From the NCBI GenBank assembly GCA_015066005.1, contig SVPF01000002.1, positions 36,923 to 100,922 of the forward strand: DNA of 64,000 nucleotides, read 5' to 3'. The stretch comes from Oscillospiraceae bacterium. GTDB lineage: Bacteria; Bacillota; Clostridia; Oscillospirales; Acutalibacteraceae. Position 1 is the first letter of the stretch. Every line of letters starts with the position of its first letter. The notes below the pieces were generated by a model. It did no database searches and had not been told where the DNA came from. It saw only the letters and a list, made by a program, of their open reading frames with translations. The position numbers were made by a program, and so were the translations under genes. This document shows, in pieces, positions 37,004 to 47,568 of the stretch.

Positions 37004-38839
37004 TTACACAACTATATTGTAAATTAGATTAAATACAACACATAAAACAACCCCAAAACCTGTTGGCAGTAGAATGGATAAAAGTGTCCATTTTATGCTG
37101 GCGGTTTCTTTTTTTATTGTCAAAACTGTGGTTGAGCAGGGCCAATGGCAAAGGGTGAAAATAAGTACACTAATTGCGGTTTTAACCGTCCAGCCGTTTT
37201 CTATAAAAAGCGCTTGTGTAAATGAGAGAGAAAAGCCGTCCTGTAAAATGCCGTTTTGCATATAAGCCATTATAATTATTGGTACAACAATTTCGTTTGC
37301 GGGAAAGCCGAGTATAAATGCAATTAAAATTACGCCGTCAAGCCCTAAAAGTCGAGCAAAGGGGTCTAAAAAATCAGCGCAGTATGATAAAAGGGTTATG
37401 TCGTTTATCTTGGCGTTTGACATTATAAAAATTATAAGTCCTGCGGGGGCGGCAACTATCAGTGAGCGGCCAAGCACAAACAGGGTACGGTCAAATATTG
37501 ACCGCACAATTACCTTTAAAATTTGCGGGCAGCGATAGGGTGGAAGCTCTAGTATAAAGTTAGACGGCATACCCTTCAATACGGTTTTAGACAGTAATTT
37601 GGTGGCTAAAAAAGTGAGTATTATGCCAAAGGTAATAACTGCCGTTAAAATTATTGCCGAGGTGACCGAGCCACTAATTCCACCGCCGATTAAAAACATG
37701 GTAATAATAGCTATTATGGTTGGAAAACGGCCATTACAGGGCACAAAGGCATTGGTTAAAATTGCAAGCAAGCGTTCACGGGGCGAATCAATAATTCGGC
37801 AACCCGTTACCCCCGCCGCATTACAGCCAAAGCCCATACACATTGTAAGCGCCTGCTTGCCGCAAGCGCCGCAGCTTTTAAAGGGCTTATCAAGGTTAAA
37901 GGCAATACGAGGCAGAAAACCTAAATCCTCAAGCAGTGTAAAAAGCGGAAAGAAAATTGCCATTGGCGGCAGCATAACCGACACAATAAAGCTTACCGTC
38001 CGAAAAACGCCAAAAATTAAAGCGTTGTGAATAATTTTGGGGCAATCTAAAAGCAGTAACAGGGCGGAAAGCTCACCCTCTAACCACGAAAAGCCTTTAA
38101 ATAACAGCTCTGACGGGTAATTTGCGCCGTTTATTGTAAGCCAAAAAATAAAGCATAAAAGCAAAAGCATTAAGGGAAAGCCAAAGGCTTTGCTTGTAAT
38201 TATTTTATCGATTTTTAAATCTCGTTTTTTATAATTTTTGTTTTTGTATGTAATTATTCCATTACAAATTTCTTCGGCTCTGTTAACTGCTTCAAGCGCG
38301 GTTTCTTCATCAGCTTTAAAATCAAATTCTGTTTTCGGGTCTTGGGTTAAAACCTCATCTAATGCCAAAAGCAAGTTATCAATGGTTTTTTTATTTCGGG
38401 CCGTGGTGCCGACAACCCTTACGCCAAGTCTTTTTTCAAGCATCTTCAAATCAATTTCAATGCCGTTTTTCTTGGCTTCATCAAGCAAATTTACGCACAC
38501 CAAAGCCCTTTGACTTACGGCAATTGTTTGTAAAACAAGGGTTAAATTACGGCAAAGGGTGGTGGCATCGCACACAATGATAACCGTATCAGGCTTTTTG
38601 CTGATAATAAAATCCCGCGCAACCTTTTCTTCAAGGGAATGGGGTATAAGCGAATATGTGCCCGGTAAGTCAACAAGGCGGTAATTGTTTTTGTTGGTTT
38701 TAAAATAACCTGCGGCCGTTTCAACCGTTTTGCCTGTCCAGTTGCCCGTATGCTGCTTCATACCCGTAAGGGCATTAAAAATGGTGCTTTTGCCAACGTT
38801 TGGGTTGCCTGCAAGGGCTACGGTAAATTGTTTATCCAT
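37004..38839 (-). CDS. feoB: Ferrous iron transporter FeoB
   Basis: 'VALAGNPNVGKSTIFNALTG' G-domain followed by a polytopic membrane domain. The ATG at 38839 overlaps the feoA stop (TAATG). The track's longer ORF reads through feoA. Confidence 0.93.
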   Translation of the reverse strand: MDKQFTVALAGNPNVGKSTIFNALTGMKQHTGNWTGKTVETAAGYFKTNKNNYRLVDLPGTYSLIPHSLEEKVARDFIISKKPDTVIIVCDATTLCRNLTLVLQTIAVSQRALVCVNLLDEAKKNGIEIDLKMLEKRLGVRVVGTTARNKKTIDNLLLALDEVLTQDPKTEFDFKADEETALEAVNRAEEICNGIITYKNKNYKKRDLKIDKIITSKAFGFPLMLLLLCFIFWLTINGANYPSELLFKGFSWLEGELSALLLLLDCPKIIHNALIFGVFRTVSFIVSVMLPPMAIFFPLFTLLEDLGFLPRIAFNLDKPFKSCGACGKQALTMCMGFGCNAAGVTGCRIIDSPRERLLAILTNAFVPCNGRFPTIIAIITMFLIGGGISGSVTSAIILTAVITFGIILTFLATKLLSKTVLKGMPSNFILELPPYRCPQILKVIVRSIFDRTLFVLGRSLIVAAPAGLIIFIMSNAKINDITLLSYCADFLDPFARLLGLDGVILIAFILGFPANEIVVPIIIMAYMQNGILQDGFSLSFTQALFIENGWTVKTAISVLIFTLCHWPCSTTVLTIKKETASIKWTLLSILLPTGFGVVLCVVFNLIYNIVV

Positions 38840-39069
38840 TATATCACCGCCCCAACAGTAATTTTTTCGCAAATTTCTTTTCTTAAGGCAATAACTGCGC
38901 CCCTTATTAAAAATGCTTTGGGGTCGCCAAGGGGGCTTTTTTCTACACATTCAACCACGCTTTTGGGGGTAAGTCCAATATCAATAAGCCTGCGCCTCAG
39001 GCTGTCATAAATTAAAATTTCATCAATTCGGCACTTTTGTCCAATATCTAAATCGAAAAGACATGACAT
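38839..39069 (-). CDS. feoA: FeoA family iron transport protein
   Basis: 76-aa SH3-like FeoA ('L.DL..G....I......D...RRRL.D.G...G..V......P.GDP'). Confidence 0.85.
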   Translation of the reverse strand: MSCLFDLDIGQKCRIDEILIYDSLRRRLIDIGLTPKSVVECVEKSPLGDPKAFLIRGAVIALRKEICEKITVGAVI

Positions 39070-39117
39070 AAAAAACACTCCTATTCAGTATATAATATTC
39101 AAATCGTGTCTTTGGTG

Positions 39118-39146
39118 TCATAAAAGAAAATGTGTCGGCATAGGAT
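39118..39146 (+). promoter_or_regulatory. Candidate sigma-E-type promoter of spoIVA
   Basis: TCATAAA, 14-nt spacer, CATAGGAT, compared with the B. subtilis sigma-E consensus (T/G)(A/C)ATAxx-14-CATACAhT. spoIVA is sigma-E dependent in Bacillus. Confidence 0.4.
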
Positions 39147-39184
39147 TTTATAGGTTTAGCTTATTTAAAACGGAGGAAATTTTT

Positions 39185-40663
39185 ATGACAAACGCCAACA
39201 TATATAAGGATATTGCCGAAAGAACGGGCGGGGATATATATATCGGTATTGTCGGCCCTGTAAGAACGGGTAAGTCGACCTTTATTAAGCAGTTTATGGA
39301 TAAATTGGTAATTCCGAATATGGCGGGCGATTATGAACGGGAACGGGCGAACGATGAATTACCGCAGTCATCATCGGGCAGGACAATTATGACCACCGAG
39401 CCAAAATTTATTCCCGAAAAGGGCGCTGAAATCACCCTTGACGATAACGCCTTAATGAATGTAAGGCTTATTGACTGCGTGGGTTACATTGTGCCAAGCT
39501 CACTCGGTTATATCGAGGGCTCACAGCCGCGAATGGTGCGCACCCCTTGGTTTGATGAGGCCGTACCCTTTAATATGGCGGCCGAAATCGGTACACAAAA
39601 GGTTATAAACGAGCATTCAACCATCGGCCTTGTTATTACAACCGACGGCAGTATAAGTGATATACCTCGTCACGAATATGCCGAAGCGGAGGAAAGGGTT
39701 GTAAGTGAATTAAAGCAAATCAATAAGCCTTTTATTGTGCTTTTAAACTGTATGTATCCGCATTCTGCTGAAGCGCTTGCTTTGGCTGAGGAGCTTAGCG
39801 AAAAATATAACGTTCCCGTAAAGCCGATAAATTGCTTGGAGTTAACCGTTGATGACATTAAAGAAATTTTAAGCGAAATATTATTCGAATTTCCCATAAA
39901 AGAAATCGGAATTTGCTACCCTGCCTGGATAAACGGCTTAGAGCTTTCGCATCCCCTTAAAAGCGAAATTATATCATCGGTTAAGGCGGCGGCCGAAAAT
40001 ATGCTTCACATTCGTGATATTAAAAAATTCCCTGCTGCATTTAAGGGCAGTGAAAATGTTGATTATGTGAATATTGACACAATCGATTTGGGCGCGGGTA
40101 GCGCCAAGGTTATGCTTAATGTTAAGCCGTCGCTGTTTTATAACATTCTTGCCGAAAGTACGGGCTTACTGATAAATGACGAGCAGGAGCTTATGGAAAG
40201 CATAAAAGAGCTTGCGGCCATGAAAAAGGAATATTCCCGTGTTAAAGGCGCTTTGGAAGAGGTCGAGGCAACCGGCTATGGCATAATTATGCCCGATATT
40301 GAGGAGCTTGAGCTTCAAGAACCCGAAATTGTTAAGCAGGGCGGCCGTTACGGTGTACGGCTTCGCGCAAGCGCACCGTCAATTCATCTTATGAAGGCAA
40401 ACATTACAACCGAGGTAAGCCCCATTGTCGGCAGCGAAAAGCAGTCGGAGGATTTGGTAATGTATTTGCTGTCGGGCTTTGAAGAAGACCCCGTTAAAAT
40501 TTGGGATTCCAATATATTCGGCAAATCACTTCACGAGCTTGTTAATGAAGGACTTCACACCAAGCTTGCCCGCATGCCTATGGACGCAAGAATGAGGGTT
40601 CAGGAAACGGTTGAAAGGGTAATAAACGAAGGCTGTAACGGTCTTGTTTGCATATTGCTGTAA
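39185..40663 (+). CDS. spoIVA: Stage IV sporulation protein A (spore coat morphogenetic ATPase)
   Basis: 'IYKDIAERT.GDIYIGVVGPVRTGKSTFIK.FM' N-terminus, 492 aa. Confidence 0.95.
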   Translation: MTNANIYKDIAERTGGDIYIGIVGPVRTGKSTFIKQFMDKLVIPNMAGDYERERANDELPQSSSGRTIMTTEPKFIPEKGAEITLDDNALMNVRLIDCVGYIVPSSLGYIEGSQPRMVRTPWFDEAVPFNMAAEIGTQKVINEHSTIGLVITTDGSISDIPRHEYAEAEERVVSELKQINKPFIVLLNCMYPHSAEALALAEELSEKYNVPVKPINCLELTVDDIKEILSEILFEFPIKEIGICYPAWINGLELSHPLKSEIISSVKAAAENMLHIRDIKKFPAAFKGSENVDYVNIDTIDLGAGSAKVMLNVKPSLFYNILAESTGLLINDEQELMESIKELAAMKKEYSRVKGALEEVEATGYGIIMPDIEELELQEPEIVKQGGRYGVRLRASAPSIHLMKANITTEVSPIVGSEKQSEDLVMYLLSGFEEDPVKIWDSNIFGKSLHELVNEGLHTKLARMPMDARMRVQETVERVINEGCNGLVCILL

Positions 40664-40670
40664 ATAAAAA

Positions 40671-40699
40671 AAGGACTTATCCGTTTTGGATAAGTCCTT
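40671..40699. terminator. Bidirectional terminator between spoIVA and guaB
   Basis: AAGGACTTATCC-gttt-GGATAAGTCCTT, flanked by an A-run and a T-run. Confidence 0.7.
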
Positions 40700-40709
40700 C
40701 GCTTTTTGA

Positions 40710-42215
40710 TTATTTAATCGGTGAGCCTGCTTCCTTTTGAATAACGTCGTGTGCGCCGCCTTCAACAATGCTTGTTGCTGAAACCAAGGTAAGCTTAGCT
40801 TTTTGCTGTAGCTCGGGAATGGTTAATGCGCCGCAGTTGCACATTGTGGATTTAACCTTTGCAAGCGAAATTGCAACGTTATCCTTAAGGCGACCTGCAT
40901 AGGGTACGTAAGAATCAACACCCTCTTCAAAGGAAAGCTTTTTATCGCCGCCTAAATCATAGCGCTGCCAGTTGCGTGCACGGTTTGAGCCCTCACCCCA
41001 ATATTCCTTATAATAATTACCGCCAATGGCAATTTTATTTGTCGGGCTTTCATCAAAGCGGGCAAAGTAACGGCCAAGCATCATAAAGTCGGCGCCCATT
41101 GCAAGTGCTAAGGTAATGTGGTGGTCGTGAACAATACCGCCGTCAGAGCAAACGGGAATATAAACGCCTGTCTTTTCAAAATATTCATCCCTTGCCTTGC
41201 AAACGTCAATAAGTGCGGTTGCTTGACCGCGGCCAATACCCTTGGTTTCGCGGGTGATACAAATTGAACCGCCGCCAATACCAACCTTAATAAAGTCAGC
41301 GCCTGCTTCGGCTAAGAACATAAAGCCATCACGGTCAACAACATTACCGGCGCCAACCTTTACGCTGTCACCGTATTTTTCACGAATAAAGGCAATTGTA
41401 CGTGACTGCCATTCGCTGAAGCCCTCTGAAGAGTCAATACAAAGCACATCAGCACCTGCTTCAAGCAAAGCGGGAACACGTTCGGCATAGTCGCGGGTGT
41501 TAATACCTGCGCCTACAACATAACGCTTTTCGCTGTCCAAAAGCTCGTTGGGATGTGACTTGTGCTCTTCATAGTCTTTTCTGAAAACAAAATATTTTAA
41601 GTTACCGTTTTTGTCAACAATTGGTAAGGAGTTAAGCTTGTGGTCCCAAATAATGTCATTAGCCTGCTTTAAGGTTGTGGAGTCATCAGCGGTTATAAGC
41701 TTTTCAAGGGGAGTCATAAATTCCTTTACCTTAACATCCTCTGACATACGACTAACCCTGTAATCACGGCTTGTTACAATACCTAAAAGCTTGCCGTTTG
41801 CACTGCCGTCATCGGTAACGGCAACGGTTGAAAAGCCGTTAATTTCTTTAAGGGCTAAAACATCCTTAAGACTACTTTCGGGAGTAACATTAGAAGCGCT
41901 TACAACAAAGCCCGCCTTGTAGGATTTTGCACGTGCTACCATTGCGGCCTCATCCTCAATTGACTGTGAGCCGTAAATAAAGGAAACGCCGCCCTCTTTT
42001 GCAAGGGCTACTGCCAAGCGGTCACCCGATACCGACTGCATTATTGCCGAGGTCATAGGAATATTCATAGTAATAGCGCTTTCTTCACCCTTTTTAAACT
42101 TTACAAGGGGAGTTTTAAGCGAAACATTAGCAGGAATACATTCGCTTGAGGAATAACCCGGAACAAGCAAATATTCGTTAAAGGTGTGTGAAACTTCGTT
42201 AAAATAATAAGCCAT
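40710..42215 (-). CDS. guaB: IMP dehydrogenase (with CBS pair)
   Basis: 501 aa with the 'FNEYLLVPG' N-terminus, a CBS insert, and the catalytic loop '[13 protein letters not shown]'. Confidence 0.9.
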   Translation of the reverse strand: MAYYFNEVSHTFNEYLLVPGYSSSECIPANVSLKTPLVKFKKGEESAITMNIPMTSAIMQSVSGDRLAVALAKEGGVSFIYGSQSIEDEAAMVARAKSYKAGFVVSASNVTPESSLKDVLALKEINGFSTVAVTDDGSANGKLLGIVTSRDYRVSRMSEDVKVKEFMTPLEKLITADDSTTLKQANDIIWDHKLNSLPIVDKNGNLKYFVFRKDYEEHKSHPNELLDSEKRYVVGAGINTRDYAERVPALLEAGADVLCIDSSEGFSEWQSRTIAFIREKYGDSVKVGAGNVVDRDGFMFLAEAGADFIKVGIGGGSICITRETKGIGRGQATALIDVCKARDEYFEKTGVYIPVCSDGGIVHDHHITLALAMGADFMMLGRYFARFDESPTNKIAIGGNYYKEYWGEGSNRARNWQRYDLGGDKKLSFEEGVDSYVPYAGRLKDNVAISLAKVKSTMCNCGALTIPELQQKAKLTLVSATSIVEGGAHDVIQKEAGSPIK

Positions 42216-42391
42216 TTTGCATACTCCTTACTTAAATATTTTTAATATTATATATTTTTAGTTTGCCAATGTCAATTAGAAATTTTTTGTCAAAAATAAC
42301 GAAATTTATATTTAAAAATGTTCTTTAAAAGTGCAAAAAGTAGACTTTTTAAAAAACGGGCGTAAAAACGAATTAAACTGCAAAAAAATGC

Positions 42392-42420
42392 TTGATTTCC
42401 AAGCTTTAGTGTGGTATAAT
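42392..42420 (+). promoter_or_regulatory. Extended -10 sigma-A promoter upstream of rpsB
   Basis: TTGATT, 17-nt spacer that includes TG, TATAAT (42415-42420). Confidence 0.55.
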
Positions 42421-42548
42421 TTATCGGCTACTGAAGAGGTGGCAAATATTATAACACACATTCCGCTTATATCGGGCAGGTGTCGCTTTACTACGGCGAT
42501 TCTCGAAACCATTGCGGGATGGAGGTAAAACCTTAGGAGGAAATAAAA

Positions 42549-43289
42549 ATGGCAGTAGTATCAATGAAACAGTTGCTTGAAGCCGGTGTTCATTTCGGAC
42601 ATCAGACAAGACGCTGGAATCCGAAGATGGCTGAATACATCTTCACAGAAAGAAACGGTATCTATATTATCGACCTTCAGAAAACCGTTAAGAAGCTTAA
42701 CGAGGCTTATATGTTCGTTCGTGACATTGCAGCTGACGGTGGCGATATCCTTTTCGTAGGTACCAAAAAGCAAGCTCAGGATTCTGTTAAGGAAGAAGCT
42801 GAACATTGCGGCATGCCTTATGTTAACGCTCGTTGGCTTGGCGGTATGCTCACAAACTTCACAACCATCAAAACCAGAATTGCCCGTCTTAACCAGCTCC
42901 GCACAATGCGTGACGACGGCACCTTTGAGCTTCTTCCCAAGAAGGAAGTTATCAAACTTAACCTTGAAATTGAAAAATTAGAAAAATTCCTCGGCGGTAT
43001 TCAAAATATGAAGAAGGCTCCTGCAGCTCTCTTTATCGTTGACCCCCGCAAAGAAAGAATTGCAGTTGCTGAAGCTAAGAAGTTGGGTCTTCCCATCATC
43101 GCTATTGTTGACACAAACTGTGATCCTGACGAAATTGATGCTGTTATCCCCGGTAACGACGACGCTATTCGCGCTGTTAAGCTTATCGCTGAAACCATCG
43201 CTGCTGCAGTTATCGAAGGCAGACAGGGTACCGAAATGGGCACCGCTGCTGTAGAAGAAGCTGTAGAAGAAACCGCTGACGCTGAATAA
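42549..43289 (+). CDS. rpsB: 30S ribosomal protein S2
   Basis: '[19 protein letters not shown]' N-terminus, 246 aa. Confidence 0.97.
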   Translation: MAVVSMKQLLEAGVHFGHQTRRWNPKMAEYIFTERNGIYIIDLQKTVKKLNEAYMFVRDIAADGGDILFVGTKKQAQDSVKEEAEHCGMPYVNARWLGGMLTNFTTIKTRIARLNQLRTMRDDGTFELLPKKEVIKLNLEIEKLEKFLGGIQNMKKAPAALFIVDPRKERIAVAEAKKLGLPIIAIVDTNCDPDEIDAVIPGNDDAIRAVKLIAETIAAAVIEGRQGTEMGTAAVEEAVEETADAE

Positions 43290-43308
43290 TTATTTGGAGG
43301 AAACTATA

Positions 43309-44220
43309 ATGGCTTTTACTGCTAAAGACGTACAGGCTTTAAGAGAAAAAACCGGTTGCGGTATGATGGACTGTAAAAAGGCCCTCGTAGAATGCGACGG
43401 TAATATGGATGCCGCAGTTGACTATTTGCGCGAAAAGGGTCTTGCTTCTCAAGCTAAGAAGGCAGACCGTATCGCTGCTGAAGGTACTGTTGCTGTTTAC
43501 ACAGCAAACGGCGTAGGTGCTATTGTTGAACTCAACAGCGAAACCGACTTCGTTGCTAACGGCGACGGCTTTAAGGCATTGGCTGCTGAGGTTGCTGAAG
43601 TTGTAGCTACTCAGAACCCCGCTGATATGGACGCTCTTCTCGCTGCAGAAAAAGACGGTATGACCGTTGAGGCAAAGGTTCAGGAATTGTTCCTTGCTAT
43701 TCGTGAAAACATTAAGGTTCGTCGTTTTGACCGCTTTGAAGGTAAGGTTGTTTCTTACGTTCACGCAGGTGGTAAGATTGGTGTTCTTGTTAACTTCGAA
43801 ACCGAACTTGCTGCTGATAACGAAGGCCTTGTTACTATGGGTAAAAACATTGCAATGCAAATCGCTGCAATGAACCCTGCTTATCTTGATCAGGCATCAG
43901 TTCCTGCTTCTGTTATCGAAAAGGAAAAGGAAATCCTCGTTGCTCAAATGAAGGAAGATCCTAAAATGGCTAACAAGCCCGATGCAGTTCTCGGTAAAAT
44001 TGTTGAAGGTAAAATCGGCAAATACTATAAGGAAAACTGCCTTGTTGAACAGGCATTCGTTATGGATGGTGATCTTACCGTTGGCAAGTACATTGCTAAC
44101 ACCGCTAAGGAGCTTGGCGCTGAAGTTAAGCTTGCTGCTTATGTTCGCTTTGAAAAGGGCGAAGGTATTGAAAAGCGCGTTGACGACTTCGCTGCTGAAG
44201 TTGCTGCAATGGCTAAATAA
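43309..44220 (+). CDS. tsf: Elongation factor Ts
   Basis: 'LREKTG.GMMDCKKAL' UBA-like N-terminus. The ATG at 43309 follows GGAGG. Confidence 0.96.
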   Translation: MAFTAKDVQALREKTGCGMMDCKKALVECDGNMDAAVDYLREKGLASQAKKADRIAAEGTVAVYTANGVGAIVELNSETDFVANGDGFKALAAEVAEVVATQNPADMDALLAAEKDGMTVEAKVQELFLAIRENIKVRRFDRFEGKVVSYVHAGGKIGVLVNFETELAADNEGLVTMGKNIAMQIAAMNPAYLDQASVPASVIEKEKEILVAQMKEDPKMANKPDAVLGKIVEGKIGKYYKENCLVEQAFVMDGDLTVGKYIANTAKELGAEVKLAAYVRFEKGEGIEKRVDDFAAEVAAMAK

Positions 44221-44233
44221 TTGCTGTAAATTT

Positions 44234-44276
44234 AAATCCCCAAGATTTCGGTCTTGGGGATTTTTGTTTTTTAAAA
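44234..44276 (+). terminator. Rho-independent terminator after tsf
   Basis: AAATCCCCAAGA-tttcg-GTCTTGGGGATTT followed by TTGTTTTTT. Confidence 0.75.
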
Positions 44277-44397
44277 AACAAAAATTATAAAATTAAGAGA
44301 GTTTTTTAAAATTCATACGTCTAATATATAAAAGTTAAAACATTGTAAATTGTTTTTCGAAATTTTTATACTATAATTTAAATGAGGCGGTGGTTTT

Positions 44398-45012
44398 ATG
44401 AAAAAAATAATTTTATTAATCTTGACGGTAATTTTCACATTTGGCACAGTTGGATGTGCTACTAACAAAGAAACCACAAATAATGCTGCAAAAGAGGCAT
44501 TTTCCTCTTTTTTGTCAGGGGACACAACACTTTTGGGTGCACAAGTGGAGGAAAAGGGTATTCCTGATTTTCAAGATGATATGTTGGAATATGAATATAC
44601 TTATTTAGATGTAAATGAAGACGGTGTAGTAGAAATGCTTGTTCAACTTCAGGATGACCCTTGCGGTTATAATGCGGTGTTTCACTTTGACGGCAAGCAA
44701 ATAATTTGTTGGCAAAGTGATTCGGTAGAAGGGGCTTGCCGTGATTATCCGCTAAAGGACGGAACAATGGTGCGCCAATACGATTATTCGGGAACACGAA
44801 GCTATACGCTTTTCCGTTATAATTCTGAGGGTGAAAAGGTCGATATTTCCAAAGTGTTTGCAAGGGATGAATTGATATATTCTAGCGATACGTCAAAATG
44901 TCCTTATTATGAAGTTGACGGGACGGAAGTCAGCAAGGACGAATTTGACAAAAAACATAAATTATTAATTGAGGAACGTATGCTTAAGCGAGATGCTTGG
45001 AAAGCAATATAA
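44398..45012 (+). CDS. Hypothetical lipoprotein
   Basis: Signal peptide with the lipobox 'FGTVGC'. I recognise no family. Confidence 0.7.
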   Translation: MKKIILLILTVIFTFGTVGCATNKETTNNAAKEAFSSFLSGDTTLLGAQVEEKGIPDFQDDMLEYEYTYLDVNEDGVVEMLVQLQDDPCGYNAVFHFDGKQIICWQSDSVEGACRDYPLKDGTMVRQYDYSGTRSYTLFRYNSEGEKVDISKVFARDELIYSSDTSKCPYYEVDGTEVSKDEFDKKHKLLIEERMLKRDAWKAI

Positions 45013-45044
45013 ATTTATAAAATTCTTAAAAATAGGATGGTTTT

Positions 45045-45782
45045 ATGAGTAACACAACAATAAAATGCGAAAACTGCGGCGCAATTTGCAACGTAAAGGA
45101 CGGTTATTGTAAAAACTGTTGGAAAAAGCTTGGCGGTGAAACCGAACAAGCTGATTTCATTATTGATGGTATAGGTCAAACCGAATGGGAAGATTATATA
45201 GATAAAAATGCGAAGCGATACGTTGACGTATATAAAAACAACAACGGTAAAAAATGGTTTTTACATATAAATTTTGCGGCGTTATTTTTGGGGCTTAACT
45301 GGGTTTTGTACCGTAAAATGTATAAGGTTGCAGTAATAGGCTTTATTGTCACGTCTTTAATTACGGTGGCGCTTTCGGTTTTGTTTTTGTTACCCCATAC
45401 CGAAGAAATGAGAATTTTAAACCAAGATATTGCACCGTATAAGGAATATATTAAAGGTGGCGGTCAAACCATTATGCTTGATGCGGATGGCAGACCCTAT
45501 TCGCCCGAAATAGTTCAAAAGGGCGCCATGGCTGAAAATAAGCTTGCCGAAATAGAAGCCAAGGCTCAATTTAAAACCATTATAATAGTTCCTTTTACCT
45601 GTGTTTTTTGGGGACTTTTCGGCGATGCAATTTATAAAAGGCATATTATAAAAAACATTAAAAACAAAAACGGCGGCGCTTCAATTGGGGCGGTAATTTG
45701 CGGTAGAATGCTGCTTGGCTTGGTAGAATGGCTGGTTATGGGTGCGTTAGTGTCGCTTTTGGTTATGCTTTTGTTGGTTTAA
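45045..45782 (+). CDS. Zinc-ribbon plus DUF2628-like membrane protein
   Basis: N-terminal 'CENCGA...CKNC' zinc ribbon, then the 'NFAALFLGLNWVLYRKMY' TM region typical of DUF2628. Confidence 0.65.
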   Translation: MSNTTIKCENCGAICNVKDGYCKNCWKKLGGETEQADFIIDGIGQTEWEDYIDKNAKRYVDVYKNNNGKKWFLHINFAALFLGLNWVLYRKMYKVAVIGFIVTSLITVALSVLFLLPHTEEMRILNQDIAPYKEYIKGGGQTIMLDADGRPYSPEIVQKGAMAENKLAEIEAKAQFKTIIIVPFTCVFWGLFGDAIYKRHIIKNIKNKNGGASIGAVICGRMLLGLVEWLVMGALVSLLVMLLLV

Positions 45783-45864
45783 TGGGTGTAAAATGAATAA
45801 ATAGCTTGTATGGGACGATGCTTACGAGGGGCTTGAAACGAGGTATAATTTGAAATACAAAGAA

Positions 45865-45900
45865 AAAACGGTAGATGCCAAAAAAGGCTTCTACCGTTTT
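45865..45900. terminator. Bidirectional terminator-like hairpin between the DUF2628 gene and sufB/D
   Basis: AACGGTAGA-(14 nt)-TCTACCGTT followed by TTGGTTTT. Confidence 0.55.
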
Positions 45901-45911
45901 GGTTTTGCATA

Positions 45912-46829
45912 TTATTTCAAAAATCCGTTTACAATTTGTTCCTCGGCTTCGGCTTCTGAAAGGCCTAAGGTCATAAGCTTAATAAGCTGTTCGCCTGCAA
46001 TTTTACCAATGGCCGCTTCGTGAATAAGCGCCGCATCAATATGGTTTGCGGTAATTTGCGGCAGGGCGGAAACGTGTGCATCATCCATAATAATGGCATC
46101 ACATTCGGTGTGACCGCTGCAAATGTTATTACCGTTTATGCGGGATACAAAAAGCTGGCTTGATTTATCCTTTGCAACCGAACGGGAAATGACGTTAGCG
46201 CTGCTGTTTTCACCGTTCATATCAACTGTAAAGTCGGTTTCGGCATACTGACTGCCGTGTGTCATAAGCTTTTCCTTAACAATAAGGGTTGCATTGTCGG
46301 CCAAAACAGCTTTGGTTATACGCTTGGTGGAATCAATACCCTTAATTTGTGTAGTTTCCATTTCCATATAACCGCCGTCAGCAATATTTATTACGGTGGT
46401 GGGGTTCATATTTTTGCCGCCCTCGCCGTCACCTTCGCCAACATGCTTTTCAACGTATTTTACCTTGGCGTTTTTGCCAACAAAAAAGGTGTGTATGCCG
46501 TCGTGGCGGGACTCCTCGCTTCCGCAGTTGTGAATACCGCAGCCTGCAACAATTTCAACATCGCAGTCATCCCCAATAATAAAGTCGTTATAAACCATTT
46601 CGGTTAAACCGCTTTCGCTTATAATTACGGGAATGTGAATTTTTTCGCCAACGGTGTTCGGTTTAATAATAATTTCAATACCCGAAACGCCTGCTTTTTC
46701 GCGAATGTCAACGTTTTCGGTAACGTGACGGGAAGAAAGCGCACCGTTTGCACGAATGTTAAACGCGCCTGCCGGTGTGCCGTCAATATCGGCTATCATT
46801 TTTAAAAGCTCAAGCTCTGTATTATTCAC
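45912..46829 (-). CDS. SufB/SufD family Fe-S cluster assembly protein (short form)
   Basis: Beta-helix C-terminal region, 'HEAAIGKI..EQL.KLM..GLSE.EAE..IV.GF'. Confidence 0.85.
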   Translation of the reverse strand: MNNTELELLKMIADIDGTPAGAFNIRANGALSSRHVTENVDIREKAGVSGIEIIIKPNTVGEKIHIPVIISESGLTEMVYNDFIIGDDCDVEIVAGCGIHNCGSEESRHDGIHTFFVGKNAKVKYVEKHVGEGDGEGGKNMNPTTVINIADGGYMEMETTQIKGIDSTKRITKAVLADNATLIVKEKLMTHGSQYAETDFTVDMNGENSSANVISRSVAKDKSSQLFVSRINGNNICSGHTECDAIIMDDAHVSALPQITANHIDAALIHEAAIGKIAGEQLIKLMTLGLSEAEAEEQIVNGFLK

Positions 46830-46833
46830 GGCG

Positions 46834-47568
46834 TTACACCTCCTCTAAAGCGTCGGTCAGTACCTTGCAGGCAGCATCCGCCGCATTTAAAAGGCTGGGA
46901 AGAATATCATCCTTCTTGCCCTCGTCCTTTACACTTCCGTTTGCAATAACTACAACCTTATCAGCAATATTTAAAATGCGTTCCTGGTGGGAAATGATTA
47001 TAATACTGCCGCCAAGTGTGTTGTGCATTTTTTCAAAAACTTTAATAAGGTTATTAAAGCTCCAAAGGTCAATGCCTGCTTCGGGCTCGTCAAAAATTGA
47101 AACCTTGGTGCCACGTGCCAAAACGGTGGCAATTTCAATTCTTTTAAGCTCACCGCCCGAAAGGGAAGCGTTAACCTCACGGTTAATGTAATCCCTAGCG
47201 CAAAGGCCAACCTGCGAAAGATAGCTGCAAGCCTTTGTAACGCTTATGTCCTCACCTGCGGCAAGGCTTATAAGGTCGTGTACGGTAATGCCCTTAAAAC
47301 GAACAGGCTGCTGAAAGGCAAAGCTAACGCCCTTTTTTGCGCGTTCGGTAATGGTTAGGTTTGTAATGTCCTCGCCGTCTAACAAAATCTGGCCGGCTGT
47401 GGGGGTAATAATACCTGCAATTATTTTTGCAAGGGTGGATTTACCGCCGCCGTTTGGGCCTGTAATAACTACAAAGCCATCATCAATTTTAAGATTAACG
47501 TCCTTTAAAATTTGTTTTTCGCCATCTTCGTTTTCGGCTGTAAAAGATATGTTTTTAAGTTCTAACAT
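46834..47568 (-). CDS. sufC: Fe-S cluster assembly ATPase SufC
   Basis: 'GPNGGGKST', 'LSGGE.KR.EI' and 'ILDEPE.G.D'-like motifs. The ATG at 47568 follows GGAGG. Confidence 0.93.
   Translation of the reverse strand: MLELKNISFTAENEDGEKQILKDVNLKIDDGFVVITGPNGGGKSTLAKIIAGIITPTAGQILLDGEDITNLTITERAKKGVSFAFQQPVRFKGITVHDLISLAAGEDISVTKACSYLSQVGLCARDYINREVNASLSGGELKRIEIATVLARGTKVSIFDEPEAGIDLWSFNNLIKVFEKMHNTLGGSIIIISHQERILNIADKVVVIANGSVKDEGKKDDILPSLLNAADAACKVLTDALEEV

Noticed and set aside
42216-42320. A purine/guanine riboswitch upstream of guaB.
   Set aside because: The region is short and almost pure AT. It has none of the conserved purine-riboswitch junction sequences or paired stems.
42421-42548. 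Possible structured autoregulatory leader upstream of rpsB, and the small track ORFs 42312..42609.
   Set aside because: The leader is about 125 nt, but I could find only 4-bp helices. No known Firmicute S2 leader motif is recognisable by eye. The small ORFs overlap the promoter and have no RBS.
43339-43860. Long antisense ORFs inside real genes: 43339..43860, 9805..10287, 21884..22297, 24057..24440, 24699..25121, 31668..32066, 32041..32484, 37599..38030 and 46257..46607.
   Set aside because: Each lies wholly within a confidently identified gene on the other strand. None has family resemblance or translation signals. They are shadow ORFs of the kind expected from codon bias.
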